Positions 13,361 through 28,300 of a stretch of 64,000 bases of DNA are shown one piece after another. The DNA lies in NCBI GenBank assembly GCA_051294905.1, contig CM119372.1, positions 23,872,001-23,936,000 on the forward strand. Reading direction: 5' to 3'. Numbering within the stretch: the first letter of the stretch is position 1; every line of letters starts with the position of its first letter. The DNA is from Botryllus schlosseri. Lineage: Eukaryota. Position numbers and translations under genes: made by a program. A model generated the notes under the pieces. That model was not told where the DNA came from and did no database searches. It was given only the letters and a program-made list of their open reading frames with translations.

Positions 13361-16300
13361 GTAAGCCTAAACTTTTTTTTACGATAACATAAAATCTATG
13401 GTTGATAAAAACTGGGTTAGTCATATCAGTATTTTGGACCGATACCAATATCTCCGATATAGCCAATTTTCCCAATAAATGGATATTTTCTGACGATATT
13501 ATTATGTGACATATTTCGAGTGGAACTTTCGATAAGTGACAGTAATTTTGAAATGCATCCTATATCACCGTCATTCATTTACTAAAATACTACACCAGAG
13601 TAAAAAATAGTATTTCCAACTCAAATACGGTCGTTGAGGAAACATACCTGTACCTCAGAGCCAAGGCTCATCTGTGATGCCTCATTTAGTGCAATTTACG
13701 ACAGTGCAGCGATGAAATATTTTATATTCATTTAGACTTGAGCGCGTATTAACAAGCAATTAGTAGTAATTTTGTACTTCAATGACTAGCCTACTTATAA
13801 ATTATGGGCGTGTTCAGAATCGCCGTGATGCTTTCCTCTATTATTATTTTTCAGTCTCGCAGTTGAATTCCGTTTCGTAGAATTACATCACTCCTCTCAC
13901 ACCTACCAATCTACATATATCGCGCTGATATGCAGACTAAACGAGTTGGTGCTTTATTTATAGATACAATTCAGCAGTACAGTTCAACTTGAAGTCGACA
14001 TGCATCACGCAAACAAAGAGACAATGAAAATTACAATCAGGAATATTCAGAAGCTTAACGAAGGTATGTAATATGGGGTCTAGTCTACTTTCTTATCCAA
14101 CACAACGTGACCATCACCAATCAGAATTCCCCATGAACATGACTAAATTGATGGCGTTTATTATTGAATTAGGGTTAAGTTATCATATGAGCATTCTTTA
14201 CCCTTACTCCCAACCCTAATCCTACGACACCCCAACCTTAATTATGATTACCAACCCCCAACTTTAAACATCATCCCAACCCTGCTCCATCTTAACCTTT
14301 CAATACCCTAACAAGCCTAACTACCCCAACCCTAAGTTAAAGATACCCTAACCCTGAATTTTACCATACCCAAACCCAGCCCTAATATTATGCGACCCCA
14401 ACTGTGGTGCCCTGCTCTTGCTAACCTTGCAGGGGTAGTGTCACCTTGTATATACTGTTATCGCTGCTGTATTGTGACTTGTATATAATGTAAGTAGTGT
14501 TGATGTCTCTTCCCCTAAAAAAAGGGAGATGTGGTGTTATGATATGCTTGATTGATCATGCGATGGGTTTCCGGATTGTTTTGATGACAGACAAGCATGT
14601 GGTCTGTGGAGAATACACTTCGAATCCGACTTGTAAAAGTATCTGTCTAAGTAGACAGCTAGAAGCTTAGTGATAATACTACACCAACCTAACCCCCACC
14701 CCAACCATAATTTTATGATACCTGTATGTCTTCGCATTTTGTTGCTTGTGATTTCGAACAAATTCCTTGCCATACTAACCAGTTGACTGCGCAGTGACGG
14801 CTTCAGATATTATGCAGCGGTGATTGCTAATTAATACTAAACCAATGCATTCAAACTCTCCATATCCTCTAATACAGGGGTTCACAACCAAGGGGTCGCA
14901 ACCGCAATGAAGTCGTCTGCCTATTCAAAAAAGGTCGCGGAGACTAAAATTAAATACCAGCGACTATTACAAGAATGCCAATTAATTGGGTGATATCGGT
15001 GGCTTATTACTGAAAATGTCTGTTCGATTTTCATAGAAAGCGCCACCTATCAACTTGAGGTTGATGTCTTGACAGTTGACACCACTATGTAGATCAGGGG
15101 CAGGCAACTTCTCCAGTGGGCGGGCTAGATAAGGGGAAATGAAGTACTTGGCGGGTAGGATTCCTGATTCGATGCCTTAATTGCGTATTATCCACCTATA
15201 CAAAGAATATATCGTATTCCATGTAAACTTTAAGTTTAAAGCATAGAGACCAACACAGTATTCAATGAATCTATAAACGTAATGTACTTCAATGCGGTTC
15301 AATTCAACGAGACATCTGTGGTCGATGTCGATCAAAGTTCTCAACGAGTTCTTTGAACTCTGGCTGCATGTCGGACGTAGAAACCTTTAGTAAAGACTGC
15401 ACGTGAACGACAGTTAGATTGCAACGCATCTTTGTCTTGTTAATGTTCATGGTCGAAAATGTTTCTCCCAAATGTATGAAGACCCGAACAGAACAAGTAG
15501 TTTCATGACCATCTGTCTCATGTTGGCAAACTTTGATTAATATAGTGACCAGGGTTGTAATCAAGTCACAAGGCTCCGAGTCACAAGTCAATCTCACTTT
15601 TATAGATCTGACTCGAGTCAAGTCGAGTCTTCAATTCACCACCGAGTCAAGTCCGAGTCCAAGTCATCGAGCAGCGGTTCGAGTCCGAGTCATGGTGTTA
15701 TGACTCGATTCCGAGTCCGAGTCCAAGTCATTGTGTTGACTGCTCACTTTCCAGTTAAGGTCTTGTTAAACCCACTTTTATAACTCTCTTTGGTGATATC
15801 GAATGGTTCGCATTTATATTACACTAATTTTCCTCACATTTAGCCGTTTCTGGTCGCATTTTCAAGTACCAGTACTAATAGACGAAAGTCCAATAAGGTG
15901 GTTACTTTACTATTCTTCAAAATTGCAATGAAATATCGGTCTTTGCCGTCTGAGTCTCGAGTCATATGACTTGAGTCGAGTCGAGTCATTTCAGTATTTG
16001 GAGAAAATGACTTGACTCGAGTCATTACAACCCTGATAGTGACGCCAAGTAATAATCGCTATTACTTGTGTCCGGACCGCCTCTAATTGTTACACTAATC
16101 AGAATAAATTTCACTTTGATTTATTTTTCCGACTTGAGGCAAGGCATGTGACTGAATGCAAAACGGAATTCTTGTCAAGAACGGGAAACAAAGAATCAAA
16201 ATCACAAAGAAAACAGAACTTTATCCTCATCTTGTGAGACCGGAAACTGTCAGCGAGCCCCTCAAAACCGGTTGGGGGCCTGGCAGGGTTGTAACCAAGT

Positions 16301-19300
16301 CACAACGTTTCGAGTCACAAGTCAATCCCACTTTTACAGTTTTGACACGAGTCAAGTGGAGTCATTTTCAATTAACCACCGAGTCAAGTCCGAGTCCAAG
16401 TCACGGAGTAGAGTGCCGAGTCCGAGTCATATAGCTTTGACTCGAGTTCGAGTCCTAGTCATTGTATTGACTGTTCAGTTCCGAGTTAATGTCATGTGAA
16501 ACCACCTTTCTCAAACCTGCTCGGTGATATCGACTGCTGCGCATTCATAATATACTAATTTTACCCAGTTTTGTCAGTTTCAGCTATCATTTTCAAGTAA
16601 CGGTATTGATTTATGAAATAATAGTAGTGTGATAACTTTACTTTTCTTCGAAATTACAATGAAATGACTTTTTTGGTAGACCCAGTCTCGAGTGATATGA
16701 CTTGGTCCTAGTCATGCGCAATGACTCGAGTACAAGTCGAGTCAATACAGAAATTGACCTGAGTCGAGTCATTTTTCATTTCCAAGAAAATGACTCGAGT
16801 CAAGTCGAGTCACCAAAAAATCGCGATTCGAGTCTGACTCAAGTCTAGTCATGACTCGAGTCATTACAACCCTGGGGCCTGGTCCGGCCCGTGGGCCGTA
16901 TGTTACCCACCCCTCGTGTAGATTAAAGTGTCGGTTGCATAGAAATCAATATGACAAGAAGTTCTCCTTCCGGGACCACTAGAAGTAACCGGTAGTGTTA
17001 TGTGTTAACAGCCGAGGCCGAATAACTTGTGGATTCTCATCAGTAATAAGCGTGACGCTGAATTCCATTTAGCACTACTTGAATACATCGATTGGATAGG
17101 GATAGAAATCATTTCAAACGACCTATACACGGTGCTATAGTCTTGGTAGGCGGGTGTTGACAAGTTCATAATCATTATGTTCCATTACTGCGCACATAGT
17201 CGCCAGCTTCTCACATAGGCCGTGAGTTTGGGCGAAGGAGCAGTGCCGACCAATATTCTAGTAATCAACAAGCCATATTCTGAGCGCGGTCGCGGAACGT
17301 TTTCAAATCGAGAATTTGGGGTCGCCACAATAAAAAGGTTGGGAGGCTCCAATCGAATGCTATGTGCTCAGTAACATTACAAACCTATAGGTTTTCGCAT
17401 TGACACTTGCGATATCAAGGTACAAATACCGGAGCCGCTCTCGATTTTGTCGCCACGCAGGCGTTCACAGAAGAGAAAGGGGCGAGGATGGATGCTGACG
17501 TGGAAAAGGTTTTGGTTGTTATCACCGATGGAATCGCAGATGACAATATCACGATCTCTCAACAAAAGGTCAAGGTAAATTCACGACGGAAATTCGAAGT
17601 ACCATCACAATGCAAAGGTCTGCGCTGGGACGCGTACACTGTAGAATGTACAATGTACATTATACATCTAATGCACAGTTGCACATTTTGCACAAGGGTG
17701 AAGAATTTGAAAAAGTTTGATAATTCCATTTCCCTAATTTGATCGAAGTAGTAGATCGATGATGGAAAACTCGATGGCAGGATCATTGCTGGCGAAGAGA
17801 TCATGTCATTCAATTCGAATCTATGTTGTTTTAAGAGCCTGGGAGTAGAGGTTTTCGTGATTGCTATCGGAAACTTTACATTGTTCGACTTCGCAAAACT
17901 GCTTGCATCAAAGCCTACGCGTGAACATGTTACAGTCCTCCACGATTATAAAGGAATTGAAAGTGCTCTTCTTTCAATGCAGAAGAAATTATGTGGTAAG
18001 ATGTTTCCGTACCTTAGGTTTGAAAACTGTGACTCACAAATGCATTTTTCGCAGCTACAATTGCAACAGAGCTGCGGATCCGCAGCAATTTGATGTTATT
18101 ATTTGTTATTCTGGGTGTTTCGATGATAAATCGATATTCATGGTTATATTATACTAGGCGGATATTCTTATTGATGCTTATCGTTCACAGCTCGACCGAC
18201 TTTCATTTTGAGCCGTAGGCTTTTGAGAAACTCAGATCATGTAGTAATGTGTAGTAATTCACAATTATCTAGTTGCATATCAAGCTTATAAAATTTCTCA
18301 CAGAAAAGTAGAAAAGTCATGTTAAGTAGCTAATAACAACGGAGGTCTTTTGCACCACAAGCTGATTCGTTTCATCAACAACACGAGACAATTGATTAAT
18401 TTGGCATGGGATTTTAGGATATTTACAATATTAAGCTAATTTTCAATTATTATGAGAATAATCAGCAGTAGTATAACGATTGTGGTTATGGTGTATAGGG
18501 ATTTTCCTATACTTTTGCATGGTGACAAATATCACTTATGGCAACTTCCAAGCTCGGTATATACTTCTGGGTGTATACCCGCTCCAATGCTAAACCTCAA
18601 TAGGGGAACCCACGATATAGGTCTCATGCTACACTATAGCTATTAGCTATAGCGTATATACACTGTTCCATGTCAAACTCTTATGGTAGACTCCAGTAGA
18701 GGGACCGAGGGTATACGTCCTGAGCTCTACTAAATTGTGTTGTGTATGCTACATAAGTAAAATTCATATGTCCGACTCCTGAGGAGGGACCTATAGATTG
18801 CAAAGGTTCTTAACCCTTTTGAACTCGCAGACCGGAAAAAAAAACTGAAAAACAAATGTTGATTACGATAAATGTATGCGACTCTATTTACTTATAGGAA
18901 ACTTCATTTGATGTTGCTTTTTTATATTAGATATTTATACGAGGTTCCCTCAAAATTTCCACGAGGCGAAGATCGAGAAGACCTGTTAAAGAGCACTAAC
19001 TTCATTGTCATTGTTGGGTATCCTTTTGAAGCAGAGGTCTCAAACTCAAATGTGCTAGCGGGCCAATTTCCTATTTTTTGATGACGCCGCGTGCCGCAGC
19101 ATCAGTAATAGGGATATTCAATGTATAATTTCCAAGTAGGCCTTAAATGACGGGACCTTGCAAACAGGCATTCCACAAACATCGTTGAAATGTTATTTAC
19201 TAACTTGTACTATTTACCTTGACACGGACAAAATCCCATTTTCAAATATTGCAGCTATTGCACCTTTGACGTGCCACGATTTTATGTATAATATTTTAAA

Positions 19301-22300
19301 ATTTCCTGAAGATTGATCTAATATCAGAGCATTTGAGCGGTGTAGCCTAATCCTGGTTTTGATATAGTCGTGATAAGTAGGCTATTGTTACTGTCATTGC
19401 CAAAGTCAAATTAAATAAGCGTTAGATTGTGGCTTCTATTACTATTCGAACATATCAATAACCACTGAAACATAATAATTATTGAGCCATGGTAATAGCA
19501 TTGCGTTTTAACCTCTTTTAGCGACCGCACCCCTTGTGCTTCCAATAAGATTTCTCGTAGCCCCTGTCCATTTTCAACACAATTTCTGATGGAACCGATA
19601 TTAAAATCAGAAAGCCCATTCACATAAAATCGCGCGTGGCGCGAAGACTATTCGGCAGTTGAATAAATTGGCCAAGAAAATATTCCCCAGCCTATAGGCC
19701 TAATTCCACGATGCATCTCGTACTCCCTGATGTGGTGCTTCGTTTCGTACCCCGATGCGGTCTACTGACTCTGGTTAAAAAAAAACTGTAATAGAAATGT
19801 CCAATCGCCGAAGAATCATTGGTGTTACAGCTGTGGTGCGTACCACGACCTTGCTCGCCACCGATAATAACATGGGTAAAGAGAACAAACAACACCCAGC
19901 ATGTAACCAACTTATACGTCACGGGGGTCACAGAATGCCAATGGTAGCCATACTGACATGATTAGAAAACTATATACCCTACGCAACGCAAGCCACGACC
20001 TTTTGATATATTACTATTCCCCATGACAGTTTCATAGATTGTTGCGTCCGTAGGATTACCAAGTCACCGTTGCGAGTCGCAAGTCCTTCTCTGATTTTAC
20101 CGTTTAACCCGACTTAACTCGAGTCATTTTTATTTAATCACCTAGTCAATCTGAAATCGGGTAATTTTACGAAAGGCTGCACTAAACCAAATCACAATCT
20201 TCAGTCTCGAATCATCAACGGGTCATGTTTTATGATCGTGAACTAGAAATGTGACGTTATAGCTGATCTTCTACCGCATGGTAGCTTTAAAAAGTGATAT
20301 GATACTGAAGTTTGTTGAGATTTCAGTGATTTTTATAGTAGTTTTAGGGTAAACTTCAAGTTCTTATATCTAAAAAAAGATATACGACACTTGGATATAT
20401 TGTTGAATACTTGAAATTCCAAAATGCCGTCGCGGGCCGCACAAAATGTTCTCGCGGGCCACGTGTTTGCGACTTCTGTTTTAATGTAATTCAACTTTGC
20501 TCTATGCTATATAGCCTATATTATACTGCCAAAGGTCGGAATGTAGCGAAGTTCGTACAAAAGTCAACGTAGCTTTCACATGTAACTTGTACGAAACAAT
20601 TTCAGGTGACTTTTAAATACTTCCCTACAACACTTGCACCATCGGACGTACTCCCAAAGTAGAAAATAAACTCCATATTACGAATCTATGCAGATGCAGA
20701 TACTACGTTCCAAACTTCTAAATCAAAATCAAAATTTGCTTTCTCATTTCTATAATTAATGGCCAAGCGTCCATCTCCTTGCATTCGGTACAATTCTAAT
20801 TTATTTGGTGAACCAGCGTGAAACTTGACGCGGACCCTGAAATATTGTTATGCTTGAGTGATTGGAGTGAAAGGTAATGAACTTTAAACTGAGCTACATA
20901 CTGGAGTCATACACCATAGTAATCATAAATTTTCATATGGATGATAGAATAGATCAATTTATACAATAAAACAACAACAAAAAATTTTAATGTCAAAATA
21001 ATTAATTTTAACACCATTTCAAATCTGCTTAAAAATAATCCTTCACTTTCACGGTTGAGTGAGCAGAAAAGCTTGCTTTTATCATACGATAACTTGAAAA
21101 ATAATTTGATACTTACATATATACACAATGTTTTCAGACAATTTTCAGCCAAATCTATAATTGGATGGAGATCAAATCTATTTGTGGTTGATCAGACATG
21201 AAAGTACCCCATAATATAGATCTAAATATAGTCTCAGTAACACGTACTCGAAGTTATGGTGGTATAACTAAAGTTTCTCATGTTTTTGTGGCATAAGAAA
21301 ACACAATACGGCAATTATTTCTTAAGGACAATTTTTGATACATACAGTAATTGTAATAATCATATATGCGTATTAATTACAATTAATCACGATAGCGCAG
21401 GTCACGTTCAACTCCGGGCGCACAATGGTGCATACTAGCCTTACGTTCGGATTTCAGGTTAATACTGCAAAGTTAAGCGAAGAAAATGTTGGTGAGAAGT
21501 AACGTCATTGCGATGTCAAACACTAAAACCTTCCCACGAATTACCCACCTCAGTCGGAATCACGTAGGAAGAAGGTCAATGAGTTTAAATCTTCCCTATA
21601 AGCCGAACAGGAACTATATGCACAACTTTCAGCAAGAAAGCCATTTTCATTTTACCATGGAATATTGCCTGGTCAATACATTGTTTTGGCTTTGAAGGAA
21701 GTGCTTCCCGCTGGTTCGACGTCATATCAGCCTAATTTCAATCACCTTGTTCCCATATGGAGACTCACAGTATCACCACACGAGAGTGTGCATTATTTGA
21801 TAGCCTGTACATCAGTGGTGTCAAACTCAAATTGCGTCGCGGGCCGGATTCAAGCCTTCAAATCGCCCGCGGGCCGGACCAGTCAAGTGATTCTGTTATG
21901 TTGTGCTCTAGCTTTCTACTTGAATACTTTATTGTCGAGCATATATGGATATATAATACACGGGTCATAGGGGTTGTATTCCAGCAAGTCGCAACACAAC
22001 AATAGGATTGGCAAAAATAAGACGATTGTCCGGTTGAATACAGTTATGAACCGATAAAAGAGTGGCGTTAACTACGATATAAGTTGGCATATTTCTATGC
22101 TCCCTCTGCTGTGGTCGTAGTCCAGCGTTAGCTCAGCGTACATGCTGTGAGAAAGTCTAGATCAGTGGTTCCCAACCTTTTTCGGCTCATCGCCCCCTTT
22201 TCAAGCTTCACACCGATCATCGCCCTCGAAATGTTGTGAACCGAATAACGAGCATACAAACTGTAATGACCGGTTGGTTGACTAAAAAAAAACTCGATGT

Positions 22301-25300
22301 CGAACTTTTACACTTTAGCAGCTAAATTTTCGTTGGTTGACTAAAAAAGGGGGGGTCATTTCTCCGAATTGGCTCCAATTAGGCCGTTTTAACGCGCCAT
22401 CGCCCCCTATCGCCCCCTTCGCTATTTTCGCCCCCTGTCGCCCCCTTGGTCATTTTCGCCCCCCTAGACCGCCAAATCGCCCCCTGGGGGCGATATCGCC
22501 CACGTTGGGAACCACTGGTCTAGATATTTACCTGCAAACGCGGACGTTGGAATTTGGGTTATTATTATTCAATTGCAAGTCGGGTTTGTCTTGGTCCTGC
22601 GACCTATTGGGTGGGAAGTGACGCAGCACATATTTGAATTATATTATGTGAAAATAATATATTTTCCATGTAAACTGCATATAACGGCTGCGCAGTCGTG
22701 TTTTCACTTCTGTGAATGGCTACTTTTTGGTCCATTTTTCCATGAAAGTCTGAACTCATTGTGCGCTTTTTGCCTTCTCGAATTGAATAAAGTGAAACCA
22801 CAACGCTGTAGTCGGGCGTTTATAATGTGGCCTATGAACATTGGTCATGTCGGACATTTGCTGTCTTGAGGGAATAGTATTTCCTGCAAAAAATCTCAAC
22901 ATTTTTTACAAAAGTGCTGGATAATATGAGAATTTTTCAATCTACTCAAAAATTCTTCGCGGGCCGGATGAAATCGTCTGGCGAGCCGGATGCGGCCCGC
23001 GGGCCGTATGTTTTACACCCCTGCTGTACATCATTGTGAGTGCAAAAATTTGGCTTTTGGATTTCGCGCGTTACGACTCGTTTAAAACAATGTTTTGCGA
23101 TATGTGGCCAGAGCATGGAACAGGTTGTTAGATGGTATGTTTTATGGGTAAGATTTAGTGGCGCATCCAGGGGGTTTAGAGGGTCGGAACCCCCTTTTCA
23201 AAATCGTAAAAATTTATGTCAAATATAGCCTCAAGTATTTGCTAATTTATGAGTTCAACATAGTCGTTTTTCGTAGGGAAAATATGACGCCTTAACTGTT
23301 ATTTAGGGGGTCGAAAACCCCTACAAAATATTGGAATTATGCGTTAAATTAGTCGAAAGGATAAAAAAAGTCATAATATTTCGCTAATTCTTTTTTGATG
23401 GATACCTCAATTACCTCGGTGATGGTGCTCTTAGTCCGAACGAAGACAAAGCTAGACCTATATATATAATTTTATATAATTCCGTACGCACTTTGCGCTT
23501 GTTCAGCTACATTTCAGCTGTGGCAGTTGCTGACGTTCTCAACTTTCTTCCCTCAGTTCCTCTATCGCCTTGCAAAAACGAAAATGAAAGCGAAAATGAA
23601 AATGTAATCTATTTGGTCGACGCGATATGTAATTGCAAAGACGAAACTGTCGGCAATCAATATCACGCGCGAATTCGCTGCACCTGATTCAGGATTGCAT
23701 GGCGTGTAGATTGATCAGCGTGACGCAGACATGGCGGCGCCAGTACGGCAATGCTGTTCTCAAATCCACATTGTCTTCGCGATCATCGGCGGGAAATGAC
23801 CTATAATTTACATTCACATTTCAAAATAGACGCCTAGCGATCCACATTACCAATTGTTAGGTGTCTTTCTGTCGTTCTGAGATTCTATGGAATTCCTGAG
23901 GTGATAAGGTACGCCATTATGGCCCTCTACATTGACACACGAGCGCGAGTTCGAACAGACGACGGTCCAAGCGGAGATTTTACCACTTCGGCTGGCGTGC
24001 TTCAAGGTGACACCTTGGCACCATTCTTGTTCGTGATAATCCTTGACTTCGTGCTACGAACGGCCTTCTCGGACAACTCGGACTTCTTTGAATGGCGGCC
24101 ACCGCAAGGAACGCGTACGCGTACGACTCGCGAGGCTATCCACGTAGGTATTCTTGCCTACGCAGACGACCTCGCCTTGCTTGCCCCGAATACCGCGTCG
24201 GCACAACGCCTCATCAACCAACTAGAGGCCGCCGCCGCTCTTATTGGCCTCCAGATCAATGCCAAGAAGACTGAGGTTCTGGCCATACCAGCTCTGCCGG
24301 AGAACTCGACACCAATTCAACTGAGAGAAGTCAGGCTCAAGAATGTCAAGAGTTTTATATACCTCGGTATTGAAGTCGCGGACTCTGGAAAAGCACTGAA
24401 GGCGAGGCGAGCAAAGGCCTGGGGCGCGGCAAGACGGCTACATTGCCTCTTCCACTCAAGTGCCTCACCCCAACTCAAGACCCGCATTTCCCGTGCCACT
24501 GTCGAGCAGGTTCTTCTTTACGGAATAGAAGCACTCACGCTGACAGAAAAGCTGGCTAAGACACTTAACGCCAACTACGATGCACTCCTCCGCTACGCAC
24601 TCGGCATCCACCACCCGGAGCACATATCCACCAATGCTCTGCGCAAACTCACAAAAACAGTTCCATGCCGTTTGCTGGCTGCTGAACGACGCTTACGGTT
24701 AATCGGTCATCTAGTGCGGCATTAAGACGATCAACCAGCCGCCGCCATCATCAACCACATTCCGACGGAGCCATGGCGCAGAGGTGGCTGGAATAGGACG
24801 ACATGGCGCTCAACAATAGAGACTGAGCTAGCGCAACGCGGGCTATCGCTCGAAGACGCCCACGACCGCCCACGCTGGAGCCGCTTAATAAGGGCTCAAA
24901 ATTGATTATCTTGATGTTCCTTTGTTTCCTGTTTTCGTTTTTCCTTTTATTTAATTGAAAGCCGATATATATATATATATATTTCTGTCGTTGAAATACA
25001 GGCCTATGTTGCCGCTGAACGGGAGAATTCAGTAGGCATAGTAGTAAAGTTGACCTAATGATATCAGCTGCATGACAAGTTTCTTTGTCGCTTAAGTTAT
25101 TATCCCAGTGTGTACGCTGCAGTAATTGACTGACTAACGTGCTAGGTGCCAGCAATTAAGGTCTGATTATCTTCGCGCGTACTACGCGCTCTGCCGTACG
25201 GCTAGTAAAGCCATCGAAAAGCACACATTCATGCACATTGCACAACTCTGTGATGATCGCGATCGCCCGTTTTTATGCTATGGTTAATTACATCTCCTTA

Positions 25301-28300
25301 TGTGTTGATGTATACGGTGCAGTGATAAAACAAACCATGAGAAAGTTTCATGTTCAAGCAATCTTTTCAATATAAATAATTACAAATAATTTGTCGTGTC
25401 TCAAAAGTCTTATATTGCTTGAGAAAGAAACCTCAACCTGTCAGCGTTTATAAGGCCAAAAATAACGCAGACAAGAAATGGTGAACGAATGTTTTAAGCA
25501 AAAAAATCAATAGCCGCCTCAAAACTGAACTTTTCGGGCTTTCGCCGAAGCGATATCAGCGACAATATCCTCAAAATCAAGATTTTGAACGTAGTCTCTT
25601 TATATAGAAAGAATGGATAGAGCGGATAGCCGATCATCATTCATGGTAGAACGTAAGTAAGACTTTATCAGTTTGAGCTTTGAGAAGCTCCTTTCACAGC
25701 TCGTAATTGAAACACTAATGGTCAGACAAAGTTTCAGACACGAGCATAAATATGGTGTCGAATCAAGTATATGTGTGATTGAACTAATACCACTGTAAAA
25801 CATCAAACGCTGTTGCATTACGATCAAACGTGGTTTCACTGCTCCGCACCAGCCCTTTATCAGTAATCTCAGAGATATATTCATCCGCACAAGACAGACA
25901 CACCCAATGTACAATGGATAAGAGTAAATGCGATGTAATGAACAGATAGGAGAATGTCGAACGACCAGCTGCGTTTGCAGTAGCGGTCTCTTGAACTGGC
26001 ATCCACCTCGGCCTCATGCACGGCACTAGCGGACTAGCCCGATTTCACAGTTCCTTTTTCGATGTTAGTCTCTATTTCGCGGTCTTTTGGTCTTTCTCCA
26101 TTCCTTGTAAGTGCGCTCTTTCATCGGGTCTTTTTGTGGGCTTTTTTGTTGGCGAGGGGAAATAGGAGACCAGAATAACCTCCGAACCAGAATCGACTAG
26201 GGCCGCCTGGGCGGTAGGCGCTTATCGTCACCACTATGCTATCTCCCCCCCTCCTAACTCCAATTTAACAAAACCGATCTTAATCGAAAGCTATTGTTGC
26301 CATGATTCCGCAAATACAATTTAAAAGCTGGTCAAGGCAACGGAATTACCCCGAAATAGCCATACAACTCTGAAAATCGCTCGATATGATTTCCATTACC
26401 ATGGCTAAGGTCATTGCGGTGCCGCTCGATATAATTTATTTTACCATGGTCAATTGGTCATTGTGATGCGGCGCTCCGATTGTTCGGAACAATTGGCTTT
26501 GACGGCTATTTTGGAGTGATTCCATTGCCATGCTTACATTTAAATTTGGGTGTTCCGGAATCAGTGCGACACTGACTTTCGATTGAGTTTGAGACCAGTT
26601 TGACTAAATATTAGGACTATCATTACGCTGCTTTTAGCCGGCTGTGTACACTGTGCACTGTTCAGCCTCACTTTGCCGCCCCCTTGGAGCCTGCCGCCCT
26701 TGGCGCGGAGCCATAATCGCCAAGGGGCTGCTACGCCACTGCCCCCCCCCCCTTGATCTCGGCTGGATGCTCCACTGGTAAGATTAGCAGATGATACATC
26801 GCCATACATAGGTGAGCATTCAGTTATCGAGTGAATACAAGTTTTAATGTTCTGTCCTACTAGCCTATACCAATGAGTAGAGTGTCTTAACATATAATGT
26901 TTGTTTTCAGTTGTTAAACCGGGAATTTGCGATGGTCCCAGACGAGGTGAGTCTTCCAAATTCCTCAAATCCTTCGTCTCCATATCTAGTCGTGGTACAT
27001 AGTAGGTTGCAATTCAAATGCAATACCTCAATAATCTTATATAGTTTAGAAGTCAGTTGAATGTTGAAAACTGATTGACTACAGGTAGGACTCTCCAAAG
27101 TCAAACATGACCTACATCAGGGGTACCGTTAGGTTAGTTAGACTATTTGTCCTCTGTCATCAGGGCCGTAACAGCACTTCGTCAGCCCCCCCTCCCTCCC
27201 AAAAAAAACGTTGGCCTTGGGCCCCCATGGGGTGATAAACCTAACTTATGGGGGGCTTCGCCCCCCAGACCCCCCTTTGGCTATCCGCTTTTTGACGCTA
27301 TTTGACATCTCCATTGGGTGTCCGTTTGGTGAGACAGCTTTTCCCGCCTAGACGCGCGAAGCGCGAAAAATTTCAGTAATTATTGATTGAATCGGGCAAT
27401 ATGATCGGGAATTACATATATATTGCTATCAATTTTGATCCTCTCTCTGTTCACGTAATCAGATTTACCGGTAGAGCTGAGCGAGGTCTGTTTTAAAACG
27501 TAGGACCGCCCAATAATAATTAGACATCTTCAGGCGTATACCCGTTGGCAGGAACGAAACAGCACTTCGTCAGCCCCCCCCCCTCACAAAAACTTGGGTT
27601 TTGGGTTCTCACAGGGTGATAAACCGACCCCTCATCACAGTGTTCGCTTTTGCCACGAAATTAGCTGCATTGTTTAGTGAGCCAGCTCGAAGCGCGAAAA
27701 TTTTCGATAATTCATCATACAATCGGCCAATAAGATCAGGAATTGCATATATATTGCTATCAATATCTTGTCCTCTCTGCTCACGTTATCAGATTTACCG
27801 GAAACTGTAGGGCCCGTCCGTAAATAATAATTAAACTTTTTCGGGCGGGCGGATCCGTTGGTATGACTTCGTTACATGATTTTATTTCGTGACCTCCTGT
27901 CTGCTATATCAAAAATATAGAATCGCTCAAACGTACTAAACTAAAAGACGCACACGATTTCAAATTGGTATTTCTTCACTGGCATATATTTTTTCCTGCT
28001 GGATGGTATTTGTCTTCTGAGGTTCAGATTGCCAAGACTGAAACATATGGCGCCAGTCATTAAGGCGCCTATGGACAATTAAACCTATTATTTTGTATAT
28101 ATAACGAAGTTTTCGGTCTGCGTAAGGGCAGTCCGTTTCGGCCAAGCTTTTCGCGCTGCCGATCGTTCTGGCACACTTCTTGGAGTCCCATGTAATAAGT
28201 CCTAAATCGTTATATATCTTGGTGCGTAGTGGCGTGTTAATGGCCAACGCCGATATGTCCATTTCTATAAAGCTTGCGTGTTTTTTCATGGGGGAAGAGT

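Larger units (their letters stand above)
15095..16915 (-). mobile_element. hAT derivative with a C-terminal transposase remnant, hosting two nested MITEs
   Basis: TSD (A/G)TGTAGAT. Minus-strand FSTMNINKTKMRCNLT...LLKVST at 15304-15480. Confidence 0.75.
23156..26777 (-). mobile_element. Composite hAT element containing a transposase dimerisation-domain remnant, an RTE LINE fragment and a SINE
   Basis: TIR (T/C)AGTGG(C/A)GCATCCAG, TSD GTAAGATT. Minus-strand SCERSFSKLKLIKSYLRSTM..RLSALSILSI at 25600-25760. Confidence 0.8.

Noticed and set aside
15550..16874. Short palindromic GACTCGAGTC repeats resembling a CRISPR array
   Set aside because: Spacing is irregular, the repeats are bounded by TIRs and TSDs, the context is eukaryotic, and there are no cas genes.
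19795..19945. Cys-rich open frame (KCPIAEE...TECQ) as a possible exon
   Set aside because: It lies inside the element at 19032-20478, and its phase does not match the preceding donor.
23493..23687. Cys-containing ORF with a plausible acceptor, as a possible receptor exon
   Set aside because: It lies inside the TSD-bounded transposon 23156-26777 and has no good phase-compatible donor.
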